A stretch of DNA of 64,000 bases from Octopus sinensis (taxonomy: Eukaryota): assembly GCF_006345805.1 (NCBI RefSeq), contig NC_043006.1, positions 92,442,001 through 92,506,000 of the forward strand, given 5' to 3'. The position numbers and the translations under genes are program-made. The notes under the pieces were generated by a model that saw only the letters and a program-made list of their open reading frames with translations, did not search any database and was not told the origin of the DNA. Of the stretch, positions 1-12,768 are shown in pieces; position 1 is the stretch's first letter; each line of letters begins with the position of its first letter.

Positions 1-2218
1 AAGAGAACTTAACGAAAATGAAATGAACCTACTACTAAAAGGCCTCAAATTTACACCTACACCCACTCCAAACCTCATAGAACTAAAAACTGATATAGAT
101 AATTTCAGCCGCCACCTCCGCCTTATGGAATTCTTTGAAAATAAAGAAACAGAAAATAACTCAATCATAAGAAAAAAATCCCATTTCACCCCTTACAAGG
201 GATGTGACAAACACCTTGACGCATACATAGAGACAATCTCTAAATTTCCTCTCAACACACACAAATGCAAACAGAACCTTCACAGAGGAGAAAAACAAGC
301 CTTACAAAAACTAAAAAAATGACAAGTCGATCATTATAAAAGAAGCTGACAAAGGTGGAGCAATAGTTATCATGGATACAGGTTACTACAAAGAAAAGAT
401 ACTGGAGTTGCTGAACAACCAGACATACTATAAAGAGGAACCAACACCAACGGAGAAAGCAACAATAAAAGAAATTAAAACTTTAGTCAATGAATACCAG
501 GACTCCTTTACAGATAAGGAGATAGCAACTTTTATGGATTACCTAAAATTCATAAAAACTCTGAAATATAGAGAGCCATAAAGGAACGGAAGAACCACTA
601 TATAAGAATACAAAGGCCTGCAGACCTCACAATGAGACCAATAGTGGCAGGACCCCAGGCACCAACACAACAACTAAGCCACTTAATAGAAGTACTCCTC
701 AAACCTTTATGCCCACAGATACCAAGCTACATAAGGGATGACGTACGCTTCCTCACACACATTCCGAATACAGTCCCGAAAAACACCATACTTGCAAGCT
801 TCGATGTCACAAATCTATACAAGAACATACCACACAACCTAGGTCTGGAAGCAATAAAACAATCGGTAAAAAAATACAGGGAACTCATAGACGAACGTTT
901 CAAGATAGACTTTATCACTCAAGCCACCCAATTAATACTGAAAGAAAATACATTCTCATTCAACAACAAGATATACCGACAGATAAAGGGCACGGCTATG
1001 GGTACAAAATTCGCACCTTCATATGTCAACCTGGTGATGGGTTTCCTGGAGAACAAACTATACGATGAAATAGGGAAAGTCTTCGAACACGACTTCAGAG
1101 AAGACATCAAGAAAAAGTGGAAACGCTACCTCGATGACTGCTTCATCTTTTGGAACAGATCAGAAGAAGACCTGCGAACATTCCACAACATCCTCAACAC
1201 GCTGCACCCATCTATCAACTTCACAATAGATACCAGCTACAACGAACTTCCCTTCTTATACATCATCACAACAGACATCCACTACAAAAACACCGACACA
1301 CACCAATATTTAAATTTCCACTCCTGCCACCCATCCCATATAGTATGGCAAGACGAATATGTAGCATAGTAACTGACTCACAAACACGACTAATAAGACT
1401 AGATGAACTTAAAAACTTCCTACTAGAGCAAAAATACCCCCTTAAACTAATAGAAAATGGAATCACAAGAGCAATGAAACTAGACATCGCACAACTCAGG
1501 ACACCCAAAACAAAAAACAAAGAAAACATTATCCCTTTCATAAAAACGCACAACACTGGAGTTACCAACCTGTTCCAAATCATGCATTCAAACCTGCCAA
1601 TAGCCTTACAAGGCCCCAAAATGGAAAACATACTAAACAAATATTGCATAAAAAACAGTAGACGACAAGACAAAAACCTGAAGAAACAACTAACAAGAGC
1701 GAAATTCTCATCAGAAACTAAAACTGAATTCTTTGCAAAAGATTGCGGAGATGGTAGATGTGGGATCTGCAGCAACCCCACCTATAAATACATAGAGGGA
1801 GACAAAGAAATGAAATTTAAAAGTGGTCACGTATTTAAAGTAAATCCAGATATGAACTGCAAGTCGCAGAACGTAATATACTGCATAACCTGCCCCACGT
1901 GCAAGGAAGATTACATAGGTGAAACTGGAAATTCTTTGTGCCAACGAGCCAGGATTCACCGACAACATGTTCGACAGGAAGAACTGCGCAAGATACCACT
2001 GAGTACATACCTAGCTACATAGCTACATGTGGAGAAGGAAAATTTAAGATCTTTCCCTTCTTAAATTTACAAATGTCCAAAGAATTTACACCTCTTTCAG
2101 GAGGAATATGGAAAAATATTTCATAACTAAGTTCTCCCCCAAATTGAATGGTTGAAAATATCTCTATAACAAGCTGTACCAGATGAAGGACCAAATTTGC
2201 TAAGTAAACTGTATTAAA
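1..2218 (+). mobile_element. Penelope-like retroelement (probably Neptune-type), decayed; runs off the 5' edge of the window
   Basis: Broken ORFs 23-322, 372-581, 632-1369 and 1150-2022 reassemble across frameshifts into a PLE polyprotein: IIKEADKGG, NFYGLPKIHK (alternate frame ~525-555), MRPIVAGP, GTAMGTKFAPSY, RYLDD (RT catalytic), PYSMARRICSIV, a Cys linker CGDGRCGIC, and GIY-YIG NVIYCITCPTCKEDYIGETG..HRQH. The 3' end abuts (CA)n. Confidence 0.95.
23..2022 (+). pseudogene. PLE reverse transcriptase + GIY-YIG endonuclease ORF, disrupted
   Basis: At least 3 frameshifts, a nonsense codon near 579-581, small deletions after LPFL and before the PYS motif, and an 8-bp duplication (agctacat x2) at the end. 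Confidence 0.92.
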
Positions 2219-2224
2219 CACACA

Positions 2225-2272
<48 letters not shown>

Positions 2273-2293
2273 CACACTCACACACACACACAC
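2218..2293. repeat. (CA)n microsatellite
   Basis: Direct reading; immediately follows the PLE 3' end. Confidence 0.98.
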
Positions 2294-2611
2294 AGTTCTA
2301 CACATATGTTTAGGTTTTTGAAAATACAACATTGAACAAAGGATATTCTAATATTTGAATGAAATCATTTCACTTTAATTTGTGGAACCAGTTGCTCCTG
2401 TATGATAAAACTTAATATTTATTTAGCTGTCAATCAGTGAGATATTAGACTAAATCAATTGAAGATCAGTAGTTGTCAGTTTGTATTCTGTCATTTGTAA
2501 CTTCAAAACAAGAGAGTCTCTTTTTCAAGTATGGATTTTATGAAATTTTACTCATGATACATTGAATGACAAATCTTTCAATTTACAATTTAATATAGTG
2601 GAGCATTTAGC

Positions 2612-2616
2612 ATATA

Positions 2617-2683
<67 letters not shown>

Positions 2684-2707
2684 ATATATATATATACATA
2701 TATATAT
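2612..2707. repeat. (TA)n microsatellite
   Basis: Direct reading. Confidence 0.98.
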
Positions 2708-3574
2708 TACCTATTATGTACATTATATTATTTTTGTAATTTACTTAATCTTTACTTTTTAATTGTTATTTTAATTTTAACTTTTCTATGATATGTAATT
2801 TTCTAGATGGTGTAATTTAATTATTCATTTTGAATTGATAAAAGGTGGTTCTTTCTAATATTTTATACATATGTATATATATATAGTGGTATAAATATCA
2901 ACATAATTATTGCTCCTTCCTCTTTTTTTCCTTTTCTCCTTTCTTCCCTTCTTCAAAATCACAGACACCCCCCCACACACACCTCCACAAAACAATCATA
3001 AAAGAATTTTTCTTCTCTAAACCCCAAAAACCATTTGACCACCCCTCATTAGATATACACACACTCTCTCACAATGATAAAAGGAAATATAATTTATGGT
3101 CTACCTCCCCGCCACCACACACTCAATAACACTATGAAATGGTGAAAACTGAAATTCTTTTTCCCCAAGATCTTAGACCACCCCCTTGGAGTAAGCATGC
3201 TGTCCAGCAGAGCAAATAATATAATTCTTTTCTTCTTCTTCCCTCTCCCTTCCCCTCTCTTTCTTTAGCACTCATTCCAAATACAAAAGCACACACACAC
3301 ACGCACGCACACACGCACGCACACACACACACATATGCTCTCTCTCTCGCTTTCTCCTCATACTGTTTTATATTCCTCCCCACCACTACAAACTGAATAC
3401 CACTATAAACTGGTCAAATCTTTTTACACAGGAACTTATTTCGATTTGAAAACCCCACTAGAATGGGAGAAAGCGCTAATACATGATCTTAGTTATATGA
3501 TGTATAAAAACATGAAATATACAAATAAATATCTGTAAATACAAAGCCATCCGCATTTCTGAGTCCCTCATTTC

Positions 3575-3614
<40 letters not shown>

Positions 3615-4982
3615 TATATGCATGTATATATACACATACATATACAGATTGGAGCAACGAAAATGTGCGGTATCTAGTGAAAGAAAAAAGAGTTAAATAT
3701 CATCTACTATACACAATTAAAGAAGGGCAATTAATAGTTACACGCTTTAAATTCCATTACATTGACAGATTAATATAAAATGATATATATTTGCAAGCAA
3801 TCTGAGGCTCAAAGATTGCTTGGAGATACATGGCATGTTATATAAATATGCGAATTTAACGTAACTTTAGGCAGGAATCACTTGGCAGCTCCTTGGGGGT
3901 TGCGTATAGTAAATTATATATATGCAAACATACATACGCAGACACATGCAAGCATACACACACACACACACACATTGGGGAGTTGTTTAAGGATACAAGA
4001 CATCCAACTTAGTAGGTTGATACGGCGTCCTAATGGGGGCACCATGTTGTGTTTTGTACAAAAGTAAGTTGTTACTCAAACAGCAGATAAAAGATACGAG
4101 GGAGACAAATATGACACCTGACAACGTCACAAGATGGCTATGGTTGACCAGAAACTAACGATAAAACATATTGTTTTGCGAAGGCTAATGAATACCTCGT
4201 CGATAAGAAGTGAAATCGTCTGACCCTGCGATGCAGGTTATTTCCAAGGTTCATGATTCTGTTAATTAAGATTAGGCGAAGTATATGCACCAAGTTTAAG
4301 TAATCTCTGCACTTTCTGCTGGAGCATAGTATTTCTCGTATAATTTTCACCCTTGTATAAGCGAATTTCATTTTCCCACGAAGCGACTGACATCTCTTTC
4401 AACGTTTTTTTCTCTCTTTCTCATCTTTTTATATACATCGGATTTCATTCGTCCTTGTGTTTGTGTTTATCATTTTAATTGATTCTTTATTGCATAATGA
4501 TGTGTATTGTGTAATGTGTTGTCTCCTTCCACGCTTTGTCTACACCTAACATTAGCATTCATATGATTCCGGTGATGGCTTTATGAAGTGGATTATAGCC
4601 TTCACTAGACGATCTGTTATCGCATTGTCTCTATTGTTATCACCATTGTTATATTTGTTTAACTCTCTACCATTGTTGCTTTGAATTTTTCAGTATATTC
4701 AGAAGTTTTCCCTGTTAATTCTCTTTTGAATATCTTCTACATTTTTTTATAGTATTTTATTTTGCTTACTTACACTTTATTATTTCCTCGTAGTGTAAAA
4801 CTAGTTTCTTGAAACTATTCTCCATTTTTTGCTGTTTCTTTTGATTTCCAGTTACGTGTTTTCATTCCTCCATTATGTGCCGTCTCGTTATGCAAGTTAC
4901 TTACTCTGTAAAAATGCCTTATATGTGAATTAGATAAATAGTAAGGTTCAAAAATCATTCTTCGTGCACAAACTACAATGTT

Positions 4983-5243
4983 GAGGCACATGGCCTAGTG
5001 GTTAGAGCAGTGGACTCGCGGTCGAGGTATCGCGTGTTCGAATCTCAGACCGGACGATGTGTGCGTTTATGAGCGAAACACCTAAGCTCCACGCGTCGAC
5101 TCTTTCGCCACACCTTCCTCTCACTCTTTCCTCCTGCATCTTGCAGCTCACCTGCGACGGACCGGCATTCCGTCCAGATGGGAACCTATACGCCAAGGAG
5201 TCCGACCCTTATGAGCCAGGCGTAGCTCGAGAAGGAACAAACA
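4983..5243 (+). mobile_element. tRNA-derived SINE, family A
   Basis: A box TGGCCTAGTGG, B box GTTCGAATC, tail ...gagaaggaacaaac; highly similar to 30305-30599. Resembles the octopus tRNA SINEs of Ohshima and Okada (OR/OK families); I cannot verify the exact family name. Confidence 0.9.
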
Positions 5244-5939
5244 GCACAGACTGCAATTAGTTGTACGTGACTATTGAGTAGACCGTTGCAGTCGTCTAGT
5301 GAAGAAAGATATGTTTCAATGATATCGACAAATATGTTTAGTCGGATAGGCTTTATGATTAGATCGACCCATCACTTGGCTAGTCCTTCCTTAAATAGGT
5401 GCTATAAAGGGATCAAAGGGAAAATTGTCTTTTACAATTTACGCTGTAGCGATGTAGTTATTAAAAACATAACGTATCGAAATATGCGCGAAACTTGCAA
5501 AACTTAATGTGGGACTCTTTGAGACGAAAGAGCTAATATGAAATATATCGCGAGAAATAAAAGGATGAAACTAAGTTAAATGAGACCCAGACGTAAGGTG
5601 AAAAATATGTAATTTGAGGGAAAAGCAAGTTTACAATAAAGGTGACTCCAGACAATTAGGTACTCAAATTTCAAAAGGAACGTTAATTCACAAGGTTGAA
5701 GTTAGCATAAAATAAATCATATACAATTCAAAGTGAATGAATGTTTAGGGGAGGTATACGTATCTTTAACATAAAAACAACAATAAAATTAGAGACTCAG
5801 GAAGTAAAACGAAAACTAGAATGTTTTCTGCGTCTTCAATATGAAAGGAAGGAATCCTTCATAAAGGGAAAATGATCGAATGAACAAAGTAATGAAAAGA
5901 GCTGAAAATTGAAATCAAGAAGAAACGCAAAAATGCTTT

Positions 5940-6600
5940 GAATACCAATGCGGAAAATAAAATGGAAATTATGAGAGGGAATTAGTAATCACGTGGGGTA
6001 GATGAAATCCAAACTCTGTGAAAAACAGCTGGAACGATGTCATAAGTCTAAATGCGTTAATAAATTATGAATATGTTCATTTTTAACACAGAAACACTAG
6101 ATAGAAATATAACAAAATAATTCTAGCAAAGAAGGACACTATAATAACCGGCATTATCACTGACATATACGGCAATGTTACAGGGCAACGGATAACATCA
6201 CAAGAATTTATAGTCAAGAAAACAAACAAAAGATTGAGATTACAAATCGTGCTTTCATATCATCAACAAATTACATGATTCGTGATTCTACACAGCTTAT
6301 ATTCAATATAATATGATTCTTAAGTTAGGCAATATCAAATGACAGCTGAAGGTCATCCATCAGCAGTAATTCAGTGAATAATCTGCTCGAAAGTAATTAA
6401 CCTGAATAGTTCCTTGTATCATAACAACACTGATGATAAAATTACTCTCACGCAATTAGGAAGATTAATTGATAATTATGGGAAACATAACTTGTTCTAT
6501 GGACAACAAATAACAAATTGGACTGTTCTACACATGCTCACTTCACACAAAGGTCACCTGACTCCAGCAATAAGAGACATAAGACAAATAAACCAATAAT
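5940..6600 (+). pseudogene. Highly degraded LINE (RTE-like) reverse transcriptase remnant
   Basis: Colinear but very diverged echoes of RT motifs across frames: RGVDEI..KTAG (cf. APGxDxI..LKxG), NR.LSLT (NYRxISL), AF..ST..QLI, KVINLNSSLYHN (cf. KLIxLIxSLYxN), GQQITN. Pattern recognition only. Confidence 0.4.
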
Positions 6601-6911
6601 AAGTAACCAGAATTATGGTTGCGATGACTGAATGTTATGAATATTTTTGATGGCGAGTTGCTGCCCCATTTTTTAATACGTTTTCCGTAAGCTTTGAACA
6701 GTAATATTTACTCCCACACAATGCAGCTTGTCTGAATTTATGAAAGTTATTTTCATCGTTTCTTGAATATGGTAGCAATTGCTTCAACAATTTGTCGCTA
6801 TTGAAGTTCTCTTGCGGACAAAGCTGGAAGATAAGTTATTTTGAATATTTTGTATAGAGGACTTTTTTGGAAAAATACTAACAATAATATAGATAGAGAT
6901 GATGAAAACTG

Positions 6912-6992
6912 ATGATAATGATGGTGGTGGTGGTGGTGGCAGTGGTGAAGATGGTGATGATGGCAGTAGTGGTGGTGGTGTTGGTGGTAGTA
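6912..6992. repeat. (GAT/GGT)n trinucleotide tract
   Basis: Direct reading. Confidence 0.9.
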
Positions 6993-7157
6993 GAGTTATT
7001 GAAAGGGATGCAAGATCAAGCGTCAAAATATGCTACAGCAGTAGCATATAAAATAATCTTTAAACACATATTCCATATCACTTGCTACAAATAAATCCAT
7101 TTACCCCTGGTGTACATCTGTCCTTCTCACTCTGCCTGTCTGTCTGTCTATATATTT

Positions 7158-7532
7158 TGTTGGCACTCTGTCGATTACGATGACCGGGATTCCAGTTGAT
7201 CCGATCACTGGAACAGCCTGCTCGTGAAATTAACGTGCAAGTGGCTGAGTACTCCACAGACATGTTAACGAGTTCTCGGGGAGATTCAGCGTGACACAGA
7301 GTGTGACAATGCTGGCCCTTTGAAATACAGGTACAACAGAAACAGGAAGATAGAGTGAGAGAAAATTGTGGTGAAAGAGTACAGCAGGGATCACCACCAC
7401 CCCCTGCCGGAGCCACATGGAGCTTTAGGTGTTTTCGCTCAATAAACACTCACAACGCCCGGTCTGGGAGTCGAAACTGCGATCCTACGACCGCGAGTCC
7501 GCTGCCCTAACCACTGGTCTATTGCGACTCCA
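7158..7532 (-). mobile_element. tRNA-derived SINE, family B (head shared with family A, different tail), full length
   Basis: The reverse complement has A box and B box (GTTTCGACTCC) and the same ctaaagctccac...ctttctctcactct segment as family A, then a different tail ending ggagtgccaaca; the tail matches 22117-22350. Confidence 0.9.
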
Positions 7533-7536
7533 CCTT

Positions 7537-7537
7537 T

Positions 7538-7614
<77 letters not shown>

Positions 7615-7672
7615 GTATGTATATACACACACACTTACATACACACGCACCTATATATATATATTTGAATAT
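7537..7672. repeat. Compound (CT)n-(TA)n-(TATG)n-(CA)n microsatellite
   Basis: Direct reading. Confidence 0.95.
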
Positions 7673-7962
7673 ATCTATATGAGGCAACCAAAGTCCAAGA
7701 ACTCATGTTGGTTTTGATTACTTAAAATCTTTCTCTTTACTTTATCTTCTGGATAAAAATTAACAGGTGAAAACAGGAGTGGAAACGTGATAACGAATTT
7801 TTAGAAATATACGGAAAATCGCAGGATGTTAGAAATGGAAAAAGAACATCAAATATATTTTCTGAAAACTTCTTCACCTAATTGACAAAATTGTATAAGA
7901 TGTAACTTGTTATTAACATTTAATATTTATTAGGGGCAACAAATAGGAAATAAATACTCCAT

Positions 7963-8175
7963 TATTCTTTTCTATTCTAGGCAAAAGGTCTGAAATATTG
8001 GAGGGGGACCCAGTCGATTAGATCGACGCCAGTACGGAACTGGTACTTAATATATCGACTCCGAAAAGATGAAAGGTAAAGTCGACCTCGGCGGAATTTG
8101 AACACACAACGTAAAGGCAAACGAAATACCTATTTATTTACTACCCACAAGGGGCTAAACACAGAGGGGACAAAC
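7963..8175 (-). mobile_element. SINE family C (CORE-like), partial dimer
   Basis: The reverse complement carries ttcaaattccgccgaggtcgactttacctttcatc...gtcgat...taagtaccag; a tail-to-ggtatttc junction lies at 8130/8131. Confidence 0.88.
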
Positions 8176-8220
8176 ATTCTTTTAGATATGTGCAATATTC
8201 CCTCAATATTTATATATACG

Positions 8221-8310
8221 CGAAGGCGCATGGTTCACTAGTTAGAGCCATGCGCCAATCGTGAGGTAGTGAGTTCGATTCCAGGATCGGGCTCTGTGTT
8301 GTGTTCTTGG
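8221..8310 (+). mobile_element. Diverged tRNA-SINE head fragment
   Basis: ggcgcatggttcactagttag (A-box-like), gagttcgattcc (B box), then gtgttgtgttcttg. Confidence 0.6.
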
Positions 8311-8538
8311 AAAGATTGCAGTAATGGAAAGATTAAACTCCCTGCAATCCCCAACCTCCAGAGCTATTGAAGAAACTGTTGTCATCAACTGACCAAGATT
8401 ACAAGCACTTTGCACTACAAATTACATCTAAGCCAGGATTCATGGGAACTTTCAAGACTACGTCAGATTTATCATGGGATTGGCACTGTACTACCTCTGT
8501 CAAATAAATCGCCAAAATCGACCTTTCATTGTTTATAA

Positions 8539-8798
8539 TCTCTACCTATTATTTCGTTACGAAATAACCTCCAAAAAGTGGTTTTGAATTACGTGTATTC
8601 ACTTTATAAACATATATGAGTTGCAAAGTTTCTTTTAACATTTCACTTAAAGTCTATGTTTTATGCTGGCATGGGTTACAGAGTTATTAATATAGAAAGT
8701 TGGTATCTCAGATACTAAAAGTTGAAACCTGCATAATCTAGTCGGCATTTTAAAATTTAATTCTCTTTAACCTGGACAACGCCGGGTATTTCTGCTAG
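8539..8798 (+). mobile_element. Non-autonomous Helitron (3' end clear, 5' end tentative)
   Basis: 3' end cctggacaacgccggg-tatttctg-CTAG|T parallels the terminus at 9267-9294; possible A|TC start at 8538/8539. Confidence 0.55.
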
Positions 8799-8901
8799 TA
8801 TTGCATATATTTCGTAACGTTCTTTTTAAATATGTCAAGCCGTGGTTAGATAATTATTTACGACATATAACATGTATTTTTGCCTATGACGTATTAACCT
8901 A

Positions 8902-9294
8902 TCTTTACATATAAAAGTAAGGTTGTGTGTCTGTCTCCTACGATTTAGATTCCTAACTACTCCCACATTTTGCGGTGCAGTTTAACCAAAACCGGGTATC
9001 TTATAGTCGTGATTCATATCGAGCCCTTCTGGGTATTAGCGCGCGTCTACGATGAGTCTACGAGTTTAAAAAAATTACCATCATTTTCTCCCATTTTAAT
9101 GCATTTTTTCGCTATTATATAAGGGAAGTAACTCTCTAAAAATGTCTACGATGAGTCAACGATTTAAAAAAAATTAACATAATTTTTTTTCCATTTTTAA
9201 TGCATTTTTTGCTGATTTTTGGCTATAACTCTCTAAAAATGCTTATATAGTTATTTCCCTTACAAACCCGAGCAACGCCGGGCGATACTGCTAG
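8902..9294 (+). mobile_element. Non-autonomous Helitron
   Basis: A|TC 5' end (atctttacatataaaa), subterminal hairpin CCCGAGCAACGCCGGG (9267-9282), CTAG|T 3' end, no TSD, internal ~100-bp tandem duplication (9045-9240). Confidence 0.85.
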
Positions 9295-9930
9295 TTATTC
9301 ATAAAATACTGGAATAGAAAAAACTTTTTTCCCACATCCTAATACCAACTACCAATTTACTAAAAATCTTAGGTCGAAAGGAGTGTTGACGGTTAAGAAA
9401 TATCAAATATGAATTTGAAATAACATATAGCTACTTATTGGGTAACTCCGAACGAACATTCAAATACAGCTTGATGAGTAAAAAAAAAAAACAGTTAAGG
9501 AGCTTTGAATAGAGATGTATATTGGATTTTATAGAGAGCAAAATTAAATTAAATATTACATATATTAGCCCCCACATACTTTTATTTTTTTAGCCTAGAT
9601 TCAAATGACAAGAAGAATGAATTTATAAGTCACTTAAAATGACAACTAAGAGAAAACTTATGTATTTTAAACGTCTTTTCCTTTTTGTCTTTCCTTTAAA
9701 TATTTCCTACTGAGGAGGACAAGTTTGACTATTATGATGTTCTATTTGTGAATATCTGGGTCCATTTGTATGAAACAATTGTATAGGAATAATAAATATA
9801 AAAAAAACTATATTGCATCTGAACATCCAATCTCTATTTCATAAATATGAATCAACTTGTTGAACTTTGTTTAATAAGTTAAATCATATACTGATTTTAT
9901 ATATGTATATATGCATATATATATATATGA

Positions 9931-9996
<66 letters not shown>

Positions 9997-10699
9997 TCCC
10001 TTCTTTCTTCGTGTATTTATGCATAGATTCATGCTATTTTGCAACCCCTTTTATAAGACAAAGTTTTGGTGAATATTTTCATATAAATCACAGCACTTAG
10101 CAAATAACACAGGCGACAATTTCTGAAATGACAAATTGATTCCTGATTCCATTGTATGACTAGCTTCATGCGGTGAATAGAATGCTAGAGTGAGAATATA
10201 TGCATTAACACATTAATGCATACTTAAAATTTATGTTAAAATAACGTCGAGATATACTTTAAGCTTTGCATAAGTGTTACGTTATGTTCGTAGGAATATC
10301 AAAATATGTATTTAAGATAAAATGTCTCATAGTGCTTAGATCGAAGATGAATTATTTGTTGATACGTTCAAAAATTCTTCATAACGTTCTTGAAATTAAT
10401 GCAGATCCGGGTGGATATGTTTACATATATAACAAAGCACGAGAGAGTGATATACACACAATGACAATCAGCATTTTGTAAGTTTCTACATAACGATGAA
10501 GCTATCAATCGGAAAATAAGTGCTACATTGTAAAATATATGGAAGCCAGCACTTGCATTTAATTAAGATATTTCCTCTAAGATCATGGGAACGATCAATG
10601 GTCGTACTGTGTTGTGACAACTTGTTTGATTCTGTGATACATTAATTCAATAGATTGGAGACATGCATATATATTGATTTCAAATTGAAGGGCATAGGA

Positions 10700-10830
10700 C
10701 GGTTACTTCGACCCCACTGCTCGAGTGCTACTTATTTTACCGATCCCGAAGGCCGATCCCGAAGGCCGATAAAATAACTCAGAACCTAAGTACGGACGAA
10801 ATACCGCCAAGCGTTTACCAGCTCGCCACC
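10700..10830 (-). mobile_element. SINE family C, diverged, with a 13-bp internal duplication
   Basis: tcgacccca...acttattttaccgatcccgaagg...ggacgaaataccgccaagc...ccagctcgcc matches family C in reverse. Confidence 0.75.
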
Positions 10831-12714
10831 ATAACATATATATTATAAGGATTTCTTAATCATTGGATCCCTAACTTACTTTAAAAATATAGATTAATAA
10901 TTTTTAAATAGTTTAAAAATACTTCTTATTTTTATTTTCTATTTTCTGGATTCAGGTTTCCTACCCAGAAGCTTTGAAGACTCTCTGTTATATATAAAAA
11001 CTAAGGTTAAGAAATGTAAGGTCTATTTGGGTATATTAAGGAACTAACGTTTTCTGGAAGAAAGCCTGGATAGAATGACTGCTTAGTACGCGCCTAGTTA
11101 AAAGCCTACAATGTAGGTGAATTGAAGCGGAATGACAAGCAAATCAGAAGCGTATGAGTGGCGTTTTCTTAGGTCAACCAAATTTAATAATCATACTTAA
11201 CAGCAGTAACAGTAGTAGAATGCAGAAGAAATAGGCCATTTGTAGCCAGGGGATGGACGAAATTGTTGATTTCTTGCATGTCAATAAGTTTGGTGAACAA
11301 TGTTAGGGTAGGTCTCGAGTGTCTCTGTACATTTTAGGTTGGAAATAAATTCTCCTAAGACTAACGGTTAATGTACACCCTAATCATTAGATTGAAGCTG
11401 CTTAGCTGGAAGAACAACAAATCGATACACTGGGGTCCTGCAAAGGAGACGAATACGACAAAGAAGCAAATTAGGATCGATGTATGTGGACCAACAGAGA
11501 ATAAATCTGACATAACACTATCACGTATTGATATATTATTATAGCTTCTGCGTATGTATATTTAAAGATTCAACGCATTATGTTTCGATCAAACCATATG
11601 TAACAGAACAGAGACTGCATTGGCACAGTATTTATTCTACAACCATTTTCGTGGTAATTTATAAACCCTGCTAACCGGGCATAGTATGCCTTTATATTCT
11701 TGTAAATATATTCTTGTAAATATAATGGTTGAAACCGAGACCTATACGTTGAAATATAACGTTGTTACGCTCTCTAATTATTGATACAATTAGTGTTATG
11801 TAATACGATGACTTAACCCGTTCGTTCAGGTCAATGTAATTTTTATTCAGTTCTTCTATAATTTGTATGTACGCTTTTATTTTTGTACTTTACTTTTAGG
11901 TAAAAAATAATAAAATGAAATCATACTTTAAATAAAGAAATACATTAGGCTACTCATTAGGTCCTGGTTGATATAATATCTGTCGCTGGAACTAATAGAA
12001 TATACTCGAATGATTATTATTTTCTTTTAGATTATTATTTTTTTTTTTTTGGTAACATCAATACACTTTTTATGTGTCTATATGATTGCTTGTTTACTGG
12101 TGGATATATATTTAGTGTCTCACATATAGAGGAAAGATATAACTGAATAACTGTAATTAGCAAAATAGAGAGAGAAAAAGAGAAAGTGGGAAAACAGGGA
12201 GAGAGTACGAGAGCGAGAAAGAGATATGCCATGCCAACTTGACAGCATTTTCGAACGATGTAGTGTATATATTCGAGTGCTATGTAATTACACAGCGAAG
12301 TTTGTTGCTTTCAAGTAAGAAACCTTAATGTCGTATTGAAACTGTATTTTGGCGAGGGTTATTAGTGTCGTATGTCAATATAAAACAGAACTAAGAGAGA
12401 AAATAAAACATCTGTGGATTGTCGAAACGTGTAGAATTTTGAAGTAATTGTAAAGTATATTAGAGAGAGAAACTATAGAGGAGAAATGGTTGCAATCAAT
12501 CTGATATGATAGGAAATACAATGAATTATATGGCTGGCACCCAAATGGTAGCTTTTATTTCCTTTCTTATACTTTGTATACTGAATTTATTGAATCATGT
12601 ACAAAGAAAAAATTACATAAATTCGCAGAATGATCAATCACAAATTATAGAATATTGCAAATGAACGACAAAGAAATACACAGAAAGTATGGACAAATAA
12701 TCATTAAAACATAA

Positions 12715-12768
12715 TAATGATAATAATAATAATAATAATAATAATAAGAAGAAGAAGAAGAAGAAGAA
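12715..12768. repeat. (TAA)n-(GAA)n microsatellite
   Basis: Direct reading. Confidence 0.95.

Noticed and set aside
727-1968. Antisense ORFs over the PLE (and 41045-41326, 42419-43256 over mariner/ORF1)
   Set aside because: They are shadows of codon-biased sense ORFs, with no independent motifs.
2175-2215. Hammerhead-like cagatgaaggacc at the PLE 3' end
   Set aside because: CUGA is mutated and there is no GAAAC or closing helix II; at most a relic.
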